From IMG/VR virus record IMGVR_UViG_3300042375_000684: a DNA stretch of 64,000 nucleotides. The stretch is one strand, 5' to 3'. The notes under the pieces are model-generated. The model had not been told where the DNA came from and did not search any database. It worked only from the letters and a program-made list of their open reading frames with translations. The position numbers and the translations under genes are program-made. The DNA is from a virus. Shown in pieces: positions 1 to 10,355 of this stretch. The first letter of the stretch is position 1; every line of letters starts with the position of its first letter.

Positions 1-234
1 GGATTACAAGAAGAATATTTTACACGCTATAAAACATGTATGATAGAAAACTTCAATTTTAATTATACACCTCAAGGCATGGCAATTATGAGAGGCGGCA
101 AACCAGCTGTAGTCAACATGTCTATGACTCTGAAAGAAATGGATATTCATACAGCGGAAGATTATGGTGGTGAAGGTCGGACAATTGATACTAGGACTAT
201 AAATTCTTTAAATAATCGCGATCGCCAGAATTGA
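1..234 (+). CDS. Baseplate tail-tube cap gp48-like protein, C-terminal part (gene starts before the window)
   Basis: Frame 1 is open from base 1 (GLQEEYFTRYKTCMIENFNFNYTPQG...KPAVVNMSMTLKEMDIHTAEDY), resembling the gp48/gp19-fold C-terminus; lies directly upstream of gp53. Confidence 0.6.
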   Translation, partial: GLQEEYFTRYKTCMIENFNFNYTPQGMAIMRGGKPAVVNMSMTLKEMDIHTAEDYGGEGRTIDTRTINSLNNRDRQN

Positions 235-257
235 AGAAGAAAAAAGAGGATTATTAA

Positions 258-635
258 ATGTCAAACTATTTTGATCAATTACCAATAATTAACTATAATG
301 GTTATCAAGTGCGAGATATTTCCCGCAGAAATAGATTAATAACATCTTCACTTTCAAATCCTTATCTGTTTTTACCATACACAATAACAGATGAAGATCG
401 CCCCGAAGATATTGCATACTATTATTATGGTTCCACCGACTATACTTGGCTAGTACTTCTTGCTAATAAGATTACAGATCCATATTATGAGTGGCCATTA
501 AAAGATGATGATTTTCATAAATATCTAATTAAAAAATATGAGGAACAATCAGGACAAAAAGGCTATGCTGTTATTGATTGGTTAAAAAATGAAAATATAC
601 TAGAAAATATAGCTTATTACTCAAAGTTGGTATAA
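258..635 (+). CDS. gp53: Baseplate wedge protein gp53, N-terminal part
   Basis: MSNYF..P.I.Y start and LysM-like EDRPEDIAYYYYGSTDYTWLVLLANKITDPYYEWPL motif typical of gp53; SD GAGG upstream. Confidence 0.85.
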   Translation: MSNYFDQLPIINYNGYQVRDISRRNRLITSSLSNPYLFLPYTITDEDRPEDIAYYYYGSTDYTWLVLLANKITDPYYEWPLKDDDFHKYLIKKYEEQSGQKGYAVIDWLKNENILENIAYYSKLV

Positions 636-639
636 ACAA

Positions 640-894
640 ATGGCAATAGATAGACTTATTTTAAATCCGGAAAGTTTTAGAACTATATATCTTAGAAAAG
701 AAGATAATATCATTCTAAGAACCGAAAAAGGTAGACGAATTGTTATAAGACAAATTATCCCACAAGAATGGATCCCTACAAGACTCTATGATTATGAATA
801 TGAAATGAATGAAAATAAACGAAATATTCTTTTGGTTGATAAACAATACTTACCAGTTGTTGAAAAAGATCTTAAAAGATTAATGAGAGATTAA
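640..894 (+). CDS. gp53 C-terminal-like segment encoded as a separate ORF
   Basis: YDYEYEMNENKRNILLVDKQYL matches the Y.YE...NE.KR.I.L C-terminal motif of gp53 from T4-like phages; different frame, 4 nt after the stop of 258..635. Confidence 0.65.
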   Translation: MAIDRLILNPESFRTIYLRKEDNIILRTEKGRRIVIRQIIPQEWIPTRLYDYEYEMNENKRNILLVDKQYLPVVEKDLKRLMRD

Positions 895-900
895 TAATTT

Positions 901-2208
901 ATGTCTGATCAAGAATTTCTACTTCCGGGTTACTATAAACTTATAGCAGCATATATTTCACCATACGGCAGCACTGCTCGTATAGATATATCTGCTATTA
1001 TACATAAAATAGAAATACAAGAGTCACTTGAAAATGATTCTATACGAGGCTATGTAAGTGTAGCAGACGGCGTTGGATTATTAGAGAAATTACCATTAAG
1101 AGGTGAAGAGAGACTTTTTATTGAAGTAGAAGATATTCTAAAAAACAAGAAAATATTTGATCTTCTGGTGTATAAAATAAAGAATGTTGTTACAAAAGAA
1201 GCAAATGATATCATTTTTTATGATATGGGATTTGTTTCATATATGAGATGGAATGCAGGTACTAGAAAAATAATTAAAGCATTTGATGGTCTTATTTCAA
1301 ATACAGTTAAAGAAATATTTGATGCAAATTATAGTCCAAACACAAAACCTATAGCAATAGAAAGAACTGAAGGTGATTTTTATTGCGTAATACCTAATTA
1401 TATGCCGCCTCAGGCTTTAAAATTTCTTGCAAATAGAGCATATAGTAATTTATCACCATCGTGTACATTTAGATTCTTTGAAAATTCTGAATCATTCTAT
1501 TTTGTTCCTGATGAATGGTTGATTGCAGAAGCAATCCGTTTAAATAATATAAAAGAATTTACTTACACACCATATTCAAATCCTATGGAAATAAGTAGTT
1601 CAAATAATAGAATATCATTTGATCTTGAAGTACAATTACGAAATTTAATAGAACTTAAGAATACAGATCGTATTAATACTGTTGCAGATTTGTTAAGTGG
1701 TGCTTATCGTAATAATCCTATAGTCGTAGATTTTGTAAATAAAACTGTAACTAATAATAGATATTCATATGAAGATAGTAAAACTGAATTTGCTAGTCTT
1801 AATTTCGGCAATAAAAATATTGAAGATACTCACGGTGATAATTTTATCAATAGAGTTTTTACTGATGAAAATGAAAGACGCTATTTAGTTTTTAAAGATT
1901 ATCAATCTGCTGGGGATGGACCAACTACTATTAGAAGTGATCAATATCTCCCAGAAATTGTTTCTAGACGAACTACATACCGCTATATGCTTTATAGAAA
2001 TAAAATCTATGTGAAAGCACATGGAAGGCTAGATTTAAAGGCTGGCGATGTTGTGAAATTAAAAATACCAGAAATAACACCCGGCGAAAATAAGACTGAT
2101 TCTAAATTAGCTGGTAATTATTTAGTTCACGATTGCACTCACACATTTAATAAAGAAGTATACGAAGTTTCTATGATGTTAACTAAATTTGATTGGAGAG
2201 AAGATTAA
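901..2208 (+). CDS. Baseplate hub protein (gp27/late-control-D-like)
   Basis: Position between gp53 and gp5; LLEKLPLRGEERL, CTFRFFEN, and C-terminal HGRLDLKAGDVVKLKIP...KLAGNYLVHDCTHTF typical of gp27-like hubs. Confidence 0.7.
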   Translation: MSDQEFLLPGYYKLIAAYISPYGSTARIDISAIIHKIEIQESLENDSIRGYVSVADGVGLLEKLPLRGEERLFIEVEDILKNKKIFDLLVYKIKNVVTKEANDIIFYDMGFVSYMRWNAGTRKIIKAFDGLISNTVKEIFDANYSPNTKPIAIERTEGDFYCVIPNYMPPQALKFLANRAYSNLSPSCTFRFFENSESFYFVPDEWLIAEAIRLNNIKEFTYTPYSNPMEISSSNNRISFDLEVQLRNLIELKNTDRINTVADLLSGAYRNNPIVVDFVNKTVTNNRYSYEDSKTEFASLNFGNKNIEDTHGDNFINRVFTDENERRYLVFKDYQSAGDGPTTIRSDQYLPEIVSRRTTYRYMLYRNKIYVKAHGRLDLKAGDVVKLKIPEITPGENKTDSKLAGNYLVHDCTHTFNKEVYEVSMMLTKFDWRED

Positions 2209-4235
2209 TGTTTGAAGATACTGGCGTAGGCATTAAAAATCCTTTATGGTTTGTTGGTGTTGTAGAAAACAGAAATGATCCAAGAAAAGAAGGTCGTGTT
2301 CAAGTAAGAGCATTTGGTGTTCACGGTACCAATAAAGAAGTTGAAACTACAAACTTACCTTGGGCAATATGTATATCAGGGAACTATGATCCAAATTATC
2401 CAATCCCGCCGCTTAATTCATGGGTGTTCGGATTTTTTTTAGATGGCCGTGATGCACAACAACCAATGATACTTGGTTTAATACCAACTCAAATGACTAG
2501 TTTAATTGATCCTGAAGTAAATGGCTGGGGTGCTATTCCTGCAGAAAATGTAGATCTCCAATCTCAGGGTTCAAGAGCAGTAGACTACGGACAGCCTCAA
2601 AACTCAAGAAAAGCTAGAGGAGAAGAGCTACACAAAACTGACGTGTTGATGCAGGAAGTCACTAGAGTCAGTGCTGATCTATCAGCGATAGAAGAAGATT
2701 TTATTATTGAAGAGCCCGCGCCCGGCGCGCAACCAGTTTATCCCTTTAACAGAGTAACAGAAACCGCGGGCGGTCACTGTTTTGAGATGGATGATTCACC
2801 ATCCGCAGCAAGAGTTAGATTAGGACACAGCGAAGGTCAATTTTTAGAAATGCATCAAAATGGAGTAACAGTTTTAAAATCAGTGAATGATTTGTGGCTT
2901 ATTTCAGAAGCAAATATAGTTATTATTGCAAAAGCCGGACAAGTTATAAAGGTAGAAGGTGACGCAGTTTTTAACGTAGATGGAAATTTTACTCAAGATG
3001 TAACTGGTGATATGAGACAAGTAGTTCATGGAAACTATGAACTATCAGTTGCGGGCCAATTGAATTTAAATGCCGGGGATGAAATTCAGGCCCGTGCAGG
3101 TAAAATTAGAATTGAATCAAATATAGAAGGCATTAACTTAAGGTCTGCTAAAAAGATTAATATACAGTCTGGTGAATTGATAAACATTAAATCTGGTCAA
3201 GGTATATTCCAAGAAGCAGTAGAAGATATTAATATCAAAGGCGATAACTTATTCATCCAAGGATCAGGTACTTCAAATATAAAATCTTCTGAGATATCAA
3301 TAGATTCTTCCGGCAATTTAAGCCTCAAAGCAGATCACGTAATCGCTGGCGGGGGACAGCTTGTAAGCATCAATGCATCGACTGTAGCTATTGATGATAT
3401 TGTTCAACTTGCTAACGGAATGGCTGGAACTCCGATTGCGGCAGATGATGCCGTAGCGGCTTCACCTGCAGAATCTACCGAATTACCAGAACCGGCGGCA
3501 AAGTCTAGCGGTAACGGGAACGGTGGTGGTGCCGGGTTTGGAAATGGTGGTTATAAAAGTCCTTCACTATCTGGCAGTGGTGGTTATGTATCACAAGACG
3601 ATGGAGTAACTGACGGTAATAAAACATCTGATACTCCAGTAGAAGGTAATTATGTTGCCGGAGATTATGCTGATATTGAAGAAGCGCTTCGCGCGCAAGG
3701 TTTCAGCGAAAACGAAATAACTGCGGCACTTGCGATTATTGGCGGTGAATCAAATGGTGCCTTTACCGCAACTGAAACAAGTTATTCAGGTACTTCTAAT
3801 GAACGAATTAGATCTATATTCTCTCGTACATCATCACTTTCCGATACAGAGTTAACTGCACTTAAAAGTAATGATACAGAATTCTTTAATTATGTTTATG
3901 GCGGCCAGAATGGCAATGGTTCTGGAAATAATGATGGATATAATTATAGAGGCCGCGGACTTATACAATTGACATTCAGAGCTAATTATGACAGATATGC
4001 CAAATTAACTGGATATAATATTGTTGCTAATCCTTCTCTTGTTAATACCGACAGACAAGTTGCAGCTTCAGTTACCGCAGCATATCTAAAAGATAGAGTC
4101 AGAAGAACAGGTGACCCTGTCGGTGATATTCGTGCGGCCGTAGCAGGAACAAGAACAGGACAGACTTACACAATGAATATAGATAAAGATAGAGCAAGAT
4201 ATGAACGCCTCTTAAAAGAGCGCGGGATTAGTTAA
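2208..4235 (+). CDS. gp5: Baseplate central spike gp5: OB-fold + beta-helix + linker + C-terminal GH19 muramidase
   Basis: LWFVGVVENRNDPRKEGRVQVRAFGVH (Gp5 OB), PVYPFNRVTETAGGHCFEMDD, V/G-rich beta-helix repeats; C-terminal IIGGESNG and YRGRGLIQLTFRANY (GH19). Start moved to ATG 2208 (TAATG overlap, GGAG SD at 2195). Confidence 0.9.
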   Translation: MFEDTGVGIKNPLWFVGVVENRNDPRKEGRVQVRAFGVHGTNKEVETTNLPWAICISGNYDPNYPIPPLNSWVFGFFLDGRDAQQPMILGLIPTQMTSLIDPEVNGWGAIPAENVDLQSQGSRAVDYGQPQNSRKARGEELHKTDVLMQEVTRVSADLSAIEEDFIIEEPAPGAQPVYPFNRVTETAGGHCFEMDDSPSAARVRLGHSEGQFLEMHQNGVTVLKSVNDLWLISEANIVIIAKAGQVIKVEGDAVFNVDGNFTQDVTGDMRQVVHGNYELSVAGQLNLNAGDEIQARAGKIRIESNIEGINLRSAKKINIQSGELINIKSGQGIFQEAVEDINIKGDNLFIQGSGTSNIKSSEISIDSSGNLSLKADHVIAGGGQLVSINASTVAIDDIVQLANGMAGTPIAADDAVAASPAESTELPEPAAKSSGNGNGGGAGFGNGGYKSPSLSGSGGYVSQDDGVTDGNKTSDTPVEGNYVAGDYADIEEALRAQGFSENEITAALAIIGGESNGAFTATETSYSGTSNERIRSIFSRTSSLSDTELTALKSNDTEFFNYVYGGQNGNGSGNNDGYNYRGRGLIQLTFRANYDRYAKLTGYNIVANPSLVNTDRQVAASVTAAYLKDRVRRTGDPVGDIRAAVAGTRTGQTYTMNIDKDRARYERLLKERGIS

Positions 4236-4246
4236 GGATTAAAATC

Positions 4247-5803
4247 ATGGCAGAAATATGTAAAGATACTACCGAATCAAGAAATACTGCTTCTTTAATT
4301 AGCACAGATGGATTTGCTTATTCACCCACAATACAAATATATCAATTAGATAAATTACAAGCAGATTTCGAGAAAAGTGCAGTAAATAGGATTAGTTCTA
4401 ATAATTATATAGATTTATACACACAAGATACATTCAACCAGGGCTTAATAGCATTTAATAATTTTCTTTTAGCATCGAGTACAAATACTAATTTAAATTT
4501 ACCTGTGAATTATCCATTGGTTAATGATAGAATATCTAAAGGTGTTGCGATTACTACAATAGAATATATTGATTTTATGGAAGATATTGGTTATAATCCT
4601 ATTACAATACAAAGTGCAATAACATCAAGTCCTAAAACTGTATTAAAACTTTACAATTCACATATTAATGGTAGATTTTCCAAAAGTACGATGGGTACAT
4701 TTTGCGAATTAGCTCCATCTATTTTTGGTGCCGTCGCAGGTTTCTTTACAGCTATTAGAAACTTTGCAAATAAAATTACAGATATTGTCAATAAAATCCA
4801 AAATTTTAGTTTGGCTGCATTACTAACTAGTCTTAAAGATAAAATAATGTCAGTTATTGAGAATACAATAGAAAAGGTAAAAAGTATTATTGAAAACTTT
4901 TCTATAGACGAACTTATTTCTGATGTAAATAAATTCTTTCATAATAAAATAGCAAATAAATTCTTTCTACTAAAATCAAAAGCCATGAAATTTTTTGAAT
5001 CAATAAATGTAGAGAACTTTAAGAAAAAAATTGAAGGTCTTATTTCGTATGCAACAAACATTTTTAAAGATCCTAAAATTGAAGAAATACAGTTTTTAAT
5101 CTATAGATTTTGTTCATTCATTACTCAAGTCGAAGATATTATTAATGGTATTAAATCACCGCTTGAAGATTTTTCAAATAAATATGTGTATGCTGGAAAT
5201 ATATTAAAAACAAATTCATCTGTTAATACAATTGATGCTGTCAACTCTGGTGCTAAAAGATTTGATGAAGCTGAAATTGCTGCGGCCATTGAACGAGGTG
5301 CTGCATTAGAAACTGCAAGCGGTAATCAACCATTGATTACAGGACCTGAAAAAGATGATTTACCTGGGTGGAATAATGGCAAAGGTGATAGTAGAGTAAC
5401 ATTTGCTGGTAACTGGATAAAGCCACCAGGTGAAGGTTGTGCTGGTGGTATGGGATCAGAAGGATGGGAATTGGATACTGACGTATTTCTTACATCAAAA
5501 ATACTTCTAATGAGAGTTTATAAAGAATTTTCTAAACAAACTGGAGTTAATCAGATTACAATAAATAGCGCATATAGAAGCCCCAAATATAACTACTGTC
5601 TTAGTAAAAGAACAAGTGGTGTAGCAAAGACTAGTCAACACATCCAAGGAAAAGCTTTCGATGTGACATGGGCTGGTTGGCCGAATAATTTAGATGTGTT
5701 TATAGAAGTTGCAAAGTCAGTTGGATTTAATGGTATTGGTATATATAGAAAAAGTAATTTTGTGCATATAGATAGAGGCCCCACAAGAAGTTGGAACGGA
5801 TAA
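4247..5803 (+). CDS. Helical N-terminal region + C-terminal peptidase M15 (Zn D-Ala-D-Ala/endolysin-type) domain
   Basis: INSAYRSPKYN...SQHIQGKAFDV...GIGIY..SNFVHIDRG carries the M15A H-x6-D and H-x-D zinc motifs. Confidence 0.8.
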   Translation: MAEICKDTTESRNTASLISTDGFAYSPTIQIYQLDKLQADFEKSAVNRISSNNYIDLYTQDTFNQGLIAFNNFLLASSTNTNLNLPVNYPLVNDRISKGVAITTIEYIDFMEDIGYNPITIQSAITSSPKTVLKLYNSHINGRFSKSTMGTFCELAPSIFGAVAGFFTAIRNFANKITDIVNKIQNFSLAALLTSLKDKIMSVIENTIEKVKSIIENFSIDELISDVNKFFHNKIANKFFLLKSKAMKFFESINVENFKKKIEGLISYATNIFKDPKIEEIQFLIYRFCSFITQVEDIINGIKSPLEDFSNKYVYAGNILKTNSSVNTIDAVNSGAKRFDEAEIAAAIERGAALETASGNQPLITGPEKDDLPGWNNGKGDSRVTFAGNWIKPPGEGCAGGMGSEGWELDTDVFLTSKILLMRVYKEFSKQTGVNQITINSAYRSPKYNYCLSKRTSGVAKTSQHIQGKAFDVTWAGWPNNLDVFIEVAKSVGFNGIGIYRKSNFVHIDRGPTRSWNG

Positions 5804-6232
5804 ATGGCAATAATACCTCAGACTAGAATCACACCAAGAACAAGAAAAATAGAAACAGTATACGCAGATTTTCACAAAGATCTGACTACAAATCCATTTT
5901 CTAATGATCTTGCACTTAAAACAGATGAAGAGGCAATTAAAGAGTCTCTTAAAAATATTATATTAATGGATAAAGGTGAAAAACTATTCCGACCATCATT
6001 TGGTGGCAATATTAAAGCAATGCTTTTTGAATTAAATAGTCCCGCTACTATAAAATTAATTCAAGAACAACTTAAAAGTACCATAAATAACTATGAACCA
6101 AGAGTAGAATTAATTTCAGTTGAAGTTTATAGTTTAATAGACGACAATAGAGTAGTAATAAAGATAATTTATGCTCTTAGAAATAGAGAAGAGCCAATTC
6201 AAGTAGAGTTTATTTTGGAAAGAGTAAGATAA
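5804..6232 (+). CDS. gp25: Baseplate wedge/sheath initiator gp25
   Basis: DEEAIKESLKNIILMDKGEKLFRPSFGGNI...INNYEPRVELISVEV: GPW/gp25 family pattern. Confidence 0.92.
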   Translation: MAIIPQTRITPRTRKIETVYADFHKDLTTNPFSNDLALKTDEEAIKESLKNIILMDKGEKLFRPSFGGNIKAMLFELNSPATIKLIQEQLKSTINNYEPRVELISVEVYSLIDDNRVVIKIIYALRNREEPIQVEFILERVR

Positions 6233-6233
6233 A

Positions 6234-8021
6234 ATGGCAAAGACACCTATTACTGAACTTGATTTCTTTGCGATTAAAGAACAATTTAAAACATATTTAA
6301 AAACACAGACATCTTTTAAAGACTATAACTTTGAAGGCTCAAACATGTCTATTCTATTGGATGTATTAGCATATAATACGTTTCAGAATAACTTTTATAC
6401 AAATATGGCATTATCAGAAATGTTCCTTGATACTGCACAATTAAAAAATTCTATTGTGTCTCACGCAAAAGAACTTAACTATTTGCCAAAATCTTCTACT
6501 TCTGCCAAGGCAATTGTAAGAGTGACATTTACAGATACCAATGGAGCAAGTACCGTTACAATTCCAAAGGGAACTAAATTTACATCTTCATCTAATGGTA
6601 ATTCTTTTAACTTTGTAACTGCACAAGTTTTCCTTGCAAGAAAAACTGCTGTATCTGCCGATGGTTTAACTGCAACCTACGTAGCGGATCAAGTTGAAAT
6701 TTTTGAAGGTGAAATATTTACAAACTTTGAAACTGAAGGTTATTTTGTAGAAGACACAGCATTCAAGTGCGTATTATCAAGTGAAAATGTTGATATTTTA
6801 TCAGTAGCAGTAAGCACTGATGATAATGAATTGCAATATACATATAAAACAGACATATTTGGTGTTGAACCAACAGATCGTGTATTCTATATCGAACCAT
6901 ACTTTGACGATAGATATGCTGTAGTTTTTGGTAGAAATACATTTGGTTTACAACCAAGCCCAGATGAAAAGATACAAATTGAATATCGTGTGTGTAATGA
7001 AGATGCTTCAAATGGCGCATCTAAATTTGCAACATCATTTAAAACTGGTGTGAGAGTAGAAACAATTCAAGCTGCAGCTGGTGGTGCACCTAAAGAAACA
7101 CTTGAAAGTATTCGTTTCTTTGCTCCCCGTTCTATTCAAATTCAAGAAAGAGCTGTTACAACTAAAGATTATGAGATCTTGCTTAAACAAAAATACAATG
7201 AAATACAGGCAGTTTCTGTTTATGGTGGCGAGAATCTTGAACCACCACAATTTGGAAAGGTTGCTATTTCTGTAGTGCTCGAAGGTACAAATGATCTTTC
7301 GGAAAGTAGAAAGAATGAGTTTAAAAGATATCTCATTGATAAAACTCCATTGACCATTGAACCTATATTTGTAAGTCCAGAATTTATGTATGTCGACGCT
7401 TTGGTCAACATATATTACTCATATAAGCAGACAAATAGAACTGAAAGTGAATTAGAAAATTTAATCAGAAAAGTAATGTTTGATTATGATACAGTTAATT
7501 TAAGTGCATTTGGTGCTACTCTCCGAACTTCAAAATTAATGGCACTGATAGATGATGTAGATGATGCAATACTAAGTAATAGTCTTGAATTAAGAGCTAT
7601 TATTGAATATTCACCTCCGCTACTATTACCACAGAACCCGACATTTAAATTTGGATCTCCACTTATAAAACCATACCCGTTCGTAAATTCATCCGGTTTT
7701 GCAGATTTTAAACCTACTATTGCAAGTTCTATATTCTCTTACAATGGTATATGTGCGCTATTACAAGATAATGGTTCTGGTATCATACAGATTATTACCA
7801 GCGATACTATAAATACCAGAGTATTGAATGCAAGTGCTGGTACAGTAGACTACACAACTGGTACTTTAAGATTAGTTAATTTTACTACGGATGATTATTC
7901 AGGTTCTGCTATTAAAATATTCGCAAGAAAGAAAGAAGCGGATATTATTGCTCCAAAAAATAGACTTCTTCAATTAAGAGATGAAGATATTAGAATAATC
8001 TTTAACGAGGTTTCTTCATAA
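6234..8021 (+). CDS. gp6: Baseplate wedge gp6
   Basis: ELDFFAIKEQFKTYL...FKDYNFEGSNMSILLDVLAYNT...SEMFLDTAQLKNSIVSHAKELNY and RAVTTKDYE motifs. Confidence 0.93.
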   Translation: MAKTPITELDFFAIKEQFKTYLKTQTSFKDYNFEGSNMSILLDVLAYNTFQNNFYTNMALSEMFLDTAQLKNSIVSHAKELNYLPKSSTSAKAIVRVTFTDTNGASTVTIPKGTKFTSSSNGNSFNFVTAQVFLARKTAVSADGLTATYVADQVEIFEGEIFTNFETEGYFVEDTAFKCVLSSENVDILSVAVSTDDNELQYTYKTDIFGVEPTDRVFYIEPYFDDRYAVVFGRNTFGLQPSPDEKIQIEYRVCNEDASNGASKFATSFKTGVRVETIQAAAGGAPKETLESIRFFAPRSIQIQERAVTTKDYEILLKQKYNEIQAVSVYGGENLEPPQFGKVAISVVLEGTNDLSESRKNEFKRYLIDKTPLTIEPIFVSPEFMYVDALVNIYYSYKQTNRTESELENLIRKVMFDYDTVNLSAFGATLRTSKLMALIDDVDDAILSNSLELRAIIEYSPPLLLPQNPTFKFGSPLIKPYPFVNSSGFADFKPTIASSIFSYNGICALLQDNGSGIIQIITSDTINTRVLNASAGTVDYTTGTLRLVNFTTDDYSGSAIKIFARKKEADIIAPKNRLLQLRDEDIRIIFNEVSS

Positions 8022-10348
8022 TGGATATTGAAAAATTTATAGCATATCAGATAGAAAAACAATTCCCTTCGCTCTTTAGAGAGGAAGGTACTGAATTAGT
8101 AGCACTGATAAAATACTATTATGAATTTTTGGAAACAGATGTTTCTGCATTTTATGTACAGGGTACTAAAATAGTAGATGGAGTAAGCCAAACATTTTCA
8201 GAAAAATTCAAGATAAGAAAAGATGCAGAACAAAGACTTTTTGATCTAAAAAAGATACCTTCATATTCTAATTTAGTGTTAAAAGAAGATAAAAATCAAA
8301 GTGTTTATAATAACAGAAGATTATTTGAATTTAGAGATATAGATAATACTCTTGAAGATATGGTAATATTCTTTAAAAATAAGTATATGAAAGATCTGCA
8401 ATTAGATGGTAACAATACACGATTTATTGTAAAAAATATTCTTGATCTATATCGAAGACGAGGCACACCTGATGGTGTCGAACTCTTCTTTAGATTATTT
8501 TATAATGAAAATATTGAAATATATTATCCTTCAGAGGCTATATTAAAACCTTCTACCTCATCTTGGAATCAAGGCATATTTTTACAACTTTATCCAAAAG
8601 AAATAACAGAACTTAAAGATTTAACAGGGCGATCTATATACGGATCTATTTCCAAAGCCGAAGGTATTGTCAATAGAATTTCATTTACACTTGTAAATAA
8701 TGCCCTAATACCTATTTTATTTTTGAGTAGTGTAAAAGGTAACTTTATAGGGTACGATGACATATTCAGTATCATAGATGGAACTATTGTAAATTTTGGA
8801 ATAGTATATGGATCATTGGATTCTGTCAATATAAATCAAACTGATCCTAGGGCAACAACCGGAAATGAAATTGGAGACTTAGTAAACGTAACTTATGCAG
8901 GCGCCCGCGGCGGCAAAGCAATAGTTACAGATGTTTCACAAACAATCAGTGGTGAAATAACTTATGAGTTTTTAGAAACTGGATTTGGTTACACAGAAGA
9001 AAATACATTATTGCTGGTGTCAAATCAAATTATATTTCCATTTAAGTTTACTACTGAATCACCAGATTTAATTGACGACTTGGTAGTATTGGAAACCGTA
9101 CAAGACCAATTCGGTAATGTTGGTAAAGTAATAGGCGGGAACGAAACCATTTTTGGTATAAAAATGGATGAGGGGATGCAATTTACTTCCAATTCCGTTA
9201 TTACAACCACAAGAGCAGTAGACAATACTATAGTGATATCAGGTGCTGAAATCATAATAGATAGTCCTAATATTATAATTGTAAATAAAACAGCTAATAA
9301 TTATTTTAGTGATAATGACATTTACTATTTTGATCTAGTAACACCTAAAAATGATTCTTCTCCGGGGCCTTTATATCCAGAAACAGCAAACACAGAAATA
9401 CTTTCGGTTAAATTAAATGAATTAGATAATGAAGAAACTGTATCTCTTATTGTAGATATAATTGGCAATTTCTTAGATGTACAACTCGATTCAGTAAACT
9501 ATAATGATCCACCCGCATTAACTGTAATGAGCGGTAATACCGATCCAGTTGATGCTAATACTCCATTAAACGAAGCATTTAATTTGGAACCATTTACTAT
9601 TGGTTCAATCAAAAAGTTCATAAACATAAAGCCAGGAACAGATTATAAGAATAAAGTATTTGCTGTTGCATATGATCCAGTTATGAAAAATTTTGATGTA
9701 TATAATCAGATTATCACATTGGAAACTATATCCGCAACACTTGAAGTCGGAAGTATTATAACACAAGGTAGCGGCCCATCGGAAATTTCTGGGAAAATAA
9801 TTAAAATTGTTGAAAATACCATATTTGTACTTCCTTATTCTTATTATGGATTTACAAGTAATCCCATTACATTCAATGGAAATAATTTTAATGTTCTAAG
9901 TATCAGTAGAGATTATAGTTCGGCACCAATTGGATTTAATGCTAATATTAATGCAATTACCGAATTTGCTGTAGGAAAAATATTAAATGTTGAAGTAACA
10001 AATTCTGGATATGGTTATGGCGATAAAGAAGAAGTAACTATTACCGATGATTTTGGAGATGTACTTGCGGTTGGTGTGGCAAATGCAAGAGGCCAAGGTA
10101 GAATTGAAGGTAGATGGTCCTCGAAGGAATCGCACTTAAATTTCCAAAGCGGAAAGGTACTTCAAGATAGTGACTATTACCAAGAATATTCATACGAGAT
10201 ACAGTCACAAACGGATATAAATACCTATAAATCTACTCTTACTGAAGTATCACATCTTGCAGGAACAAAAATATTTGGAAAATTTGTTTTAAAAGACGAG
10301 GCAAAGGTAAATACTACTGCTAGATTTTCTATAATAAGAAACACTTGA
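8021..10348 (+). CDS. gp7: Baseplate wedge initiator gp7-like
   Basis: QFPSLFREEG..LVALIKYYYEFLE, KNILDLYRRRGTPDGVELFFRLFY, and C-terminal LQDSDYYQEYSYEI...HLAGTKIFG; follows gp6. Confidence 0.8.
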   Translation: MDIEKFIAYQIEKQFPSLFREEGTELVALIKYYYEFLETDVSAFYVQGTKIVDGVSQTFSEKFKIRKDAEQRLFDLKKIPSYSNLVLKEDKNQSVYNNRRLFEFRDIDNTLEDMVIFFKNKYMKDLQLDGNNTRFIVKNILDLYRRRGTPDGVELFFRLFYNENIEIYYPSEAILKPSTSSWNQGIFLQLYPKEITELKDLTGRSIYGSISKAEGIVNRISFTLVNNALIPILFLSSVKGNFIGYDDIFSIIDGTIVNFGIVYGSLDSVNINQTDPRATTGNEIGDLVNVTYAGARGGKAIVTDVSQTISGEITYEFLETGFGYTEENTLLLVSNQIIFPFKFTTESPDLIDDLVVLETVQDQFGNVGKVIGGNETIFGIKMDEGMQFTSNSVITTTRAVDNTIVISGAEIIIDSPNIIIVNKTANNYFSDNDIYYFDLVTPKNDSSPGPLYPETANTEILSVKLNELDNEETVSLIVDIIGNFLDVQLDSVNYNDPPALTVMSGNTDPVDANTPLNEAFNLEPFTIGSIKKFINIKPGTDYKNKVFAVAYDPVMKNFDVYNQIITLETISATLEVGSIITQGSGPSEISGKIIKIVENTIFVLPYSYYGFTSNPITFNGNNFNVLSISRDYSSAPIGFNANINAITEFAVGKILNVEVTNSGYGYGDKEEVTITDDFGDVLAVGVANARGQGRIEGRWSSKESHLNFQSGKVLQDSDYYQEYSYEIQSQTDINTYKSTLTEVSHLAGTKIFGKFVLKDEAKVNTTARFSIIRNT

Positions 10349-10355
10349 GGGAAAA

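Noticed and set aside
631-638. TATAAACA near-late-promoter at the gp53 split
   Set aside because: One mismatch and too close to ATG 640 to give a usable leader.
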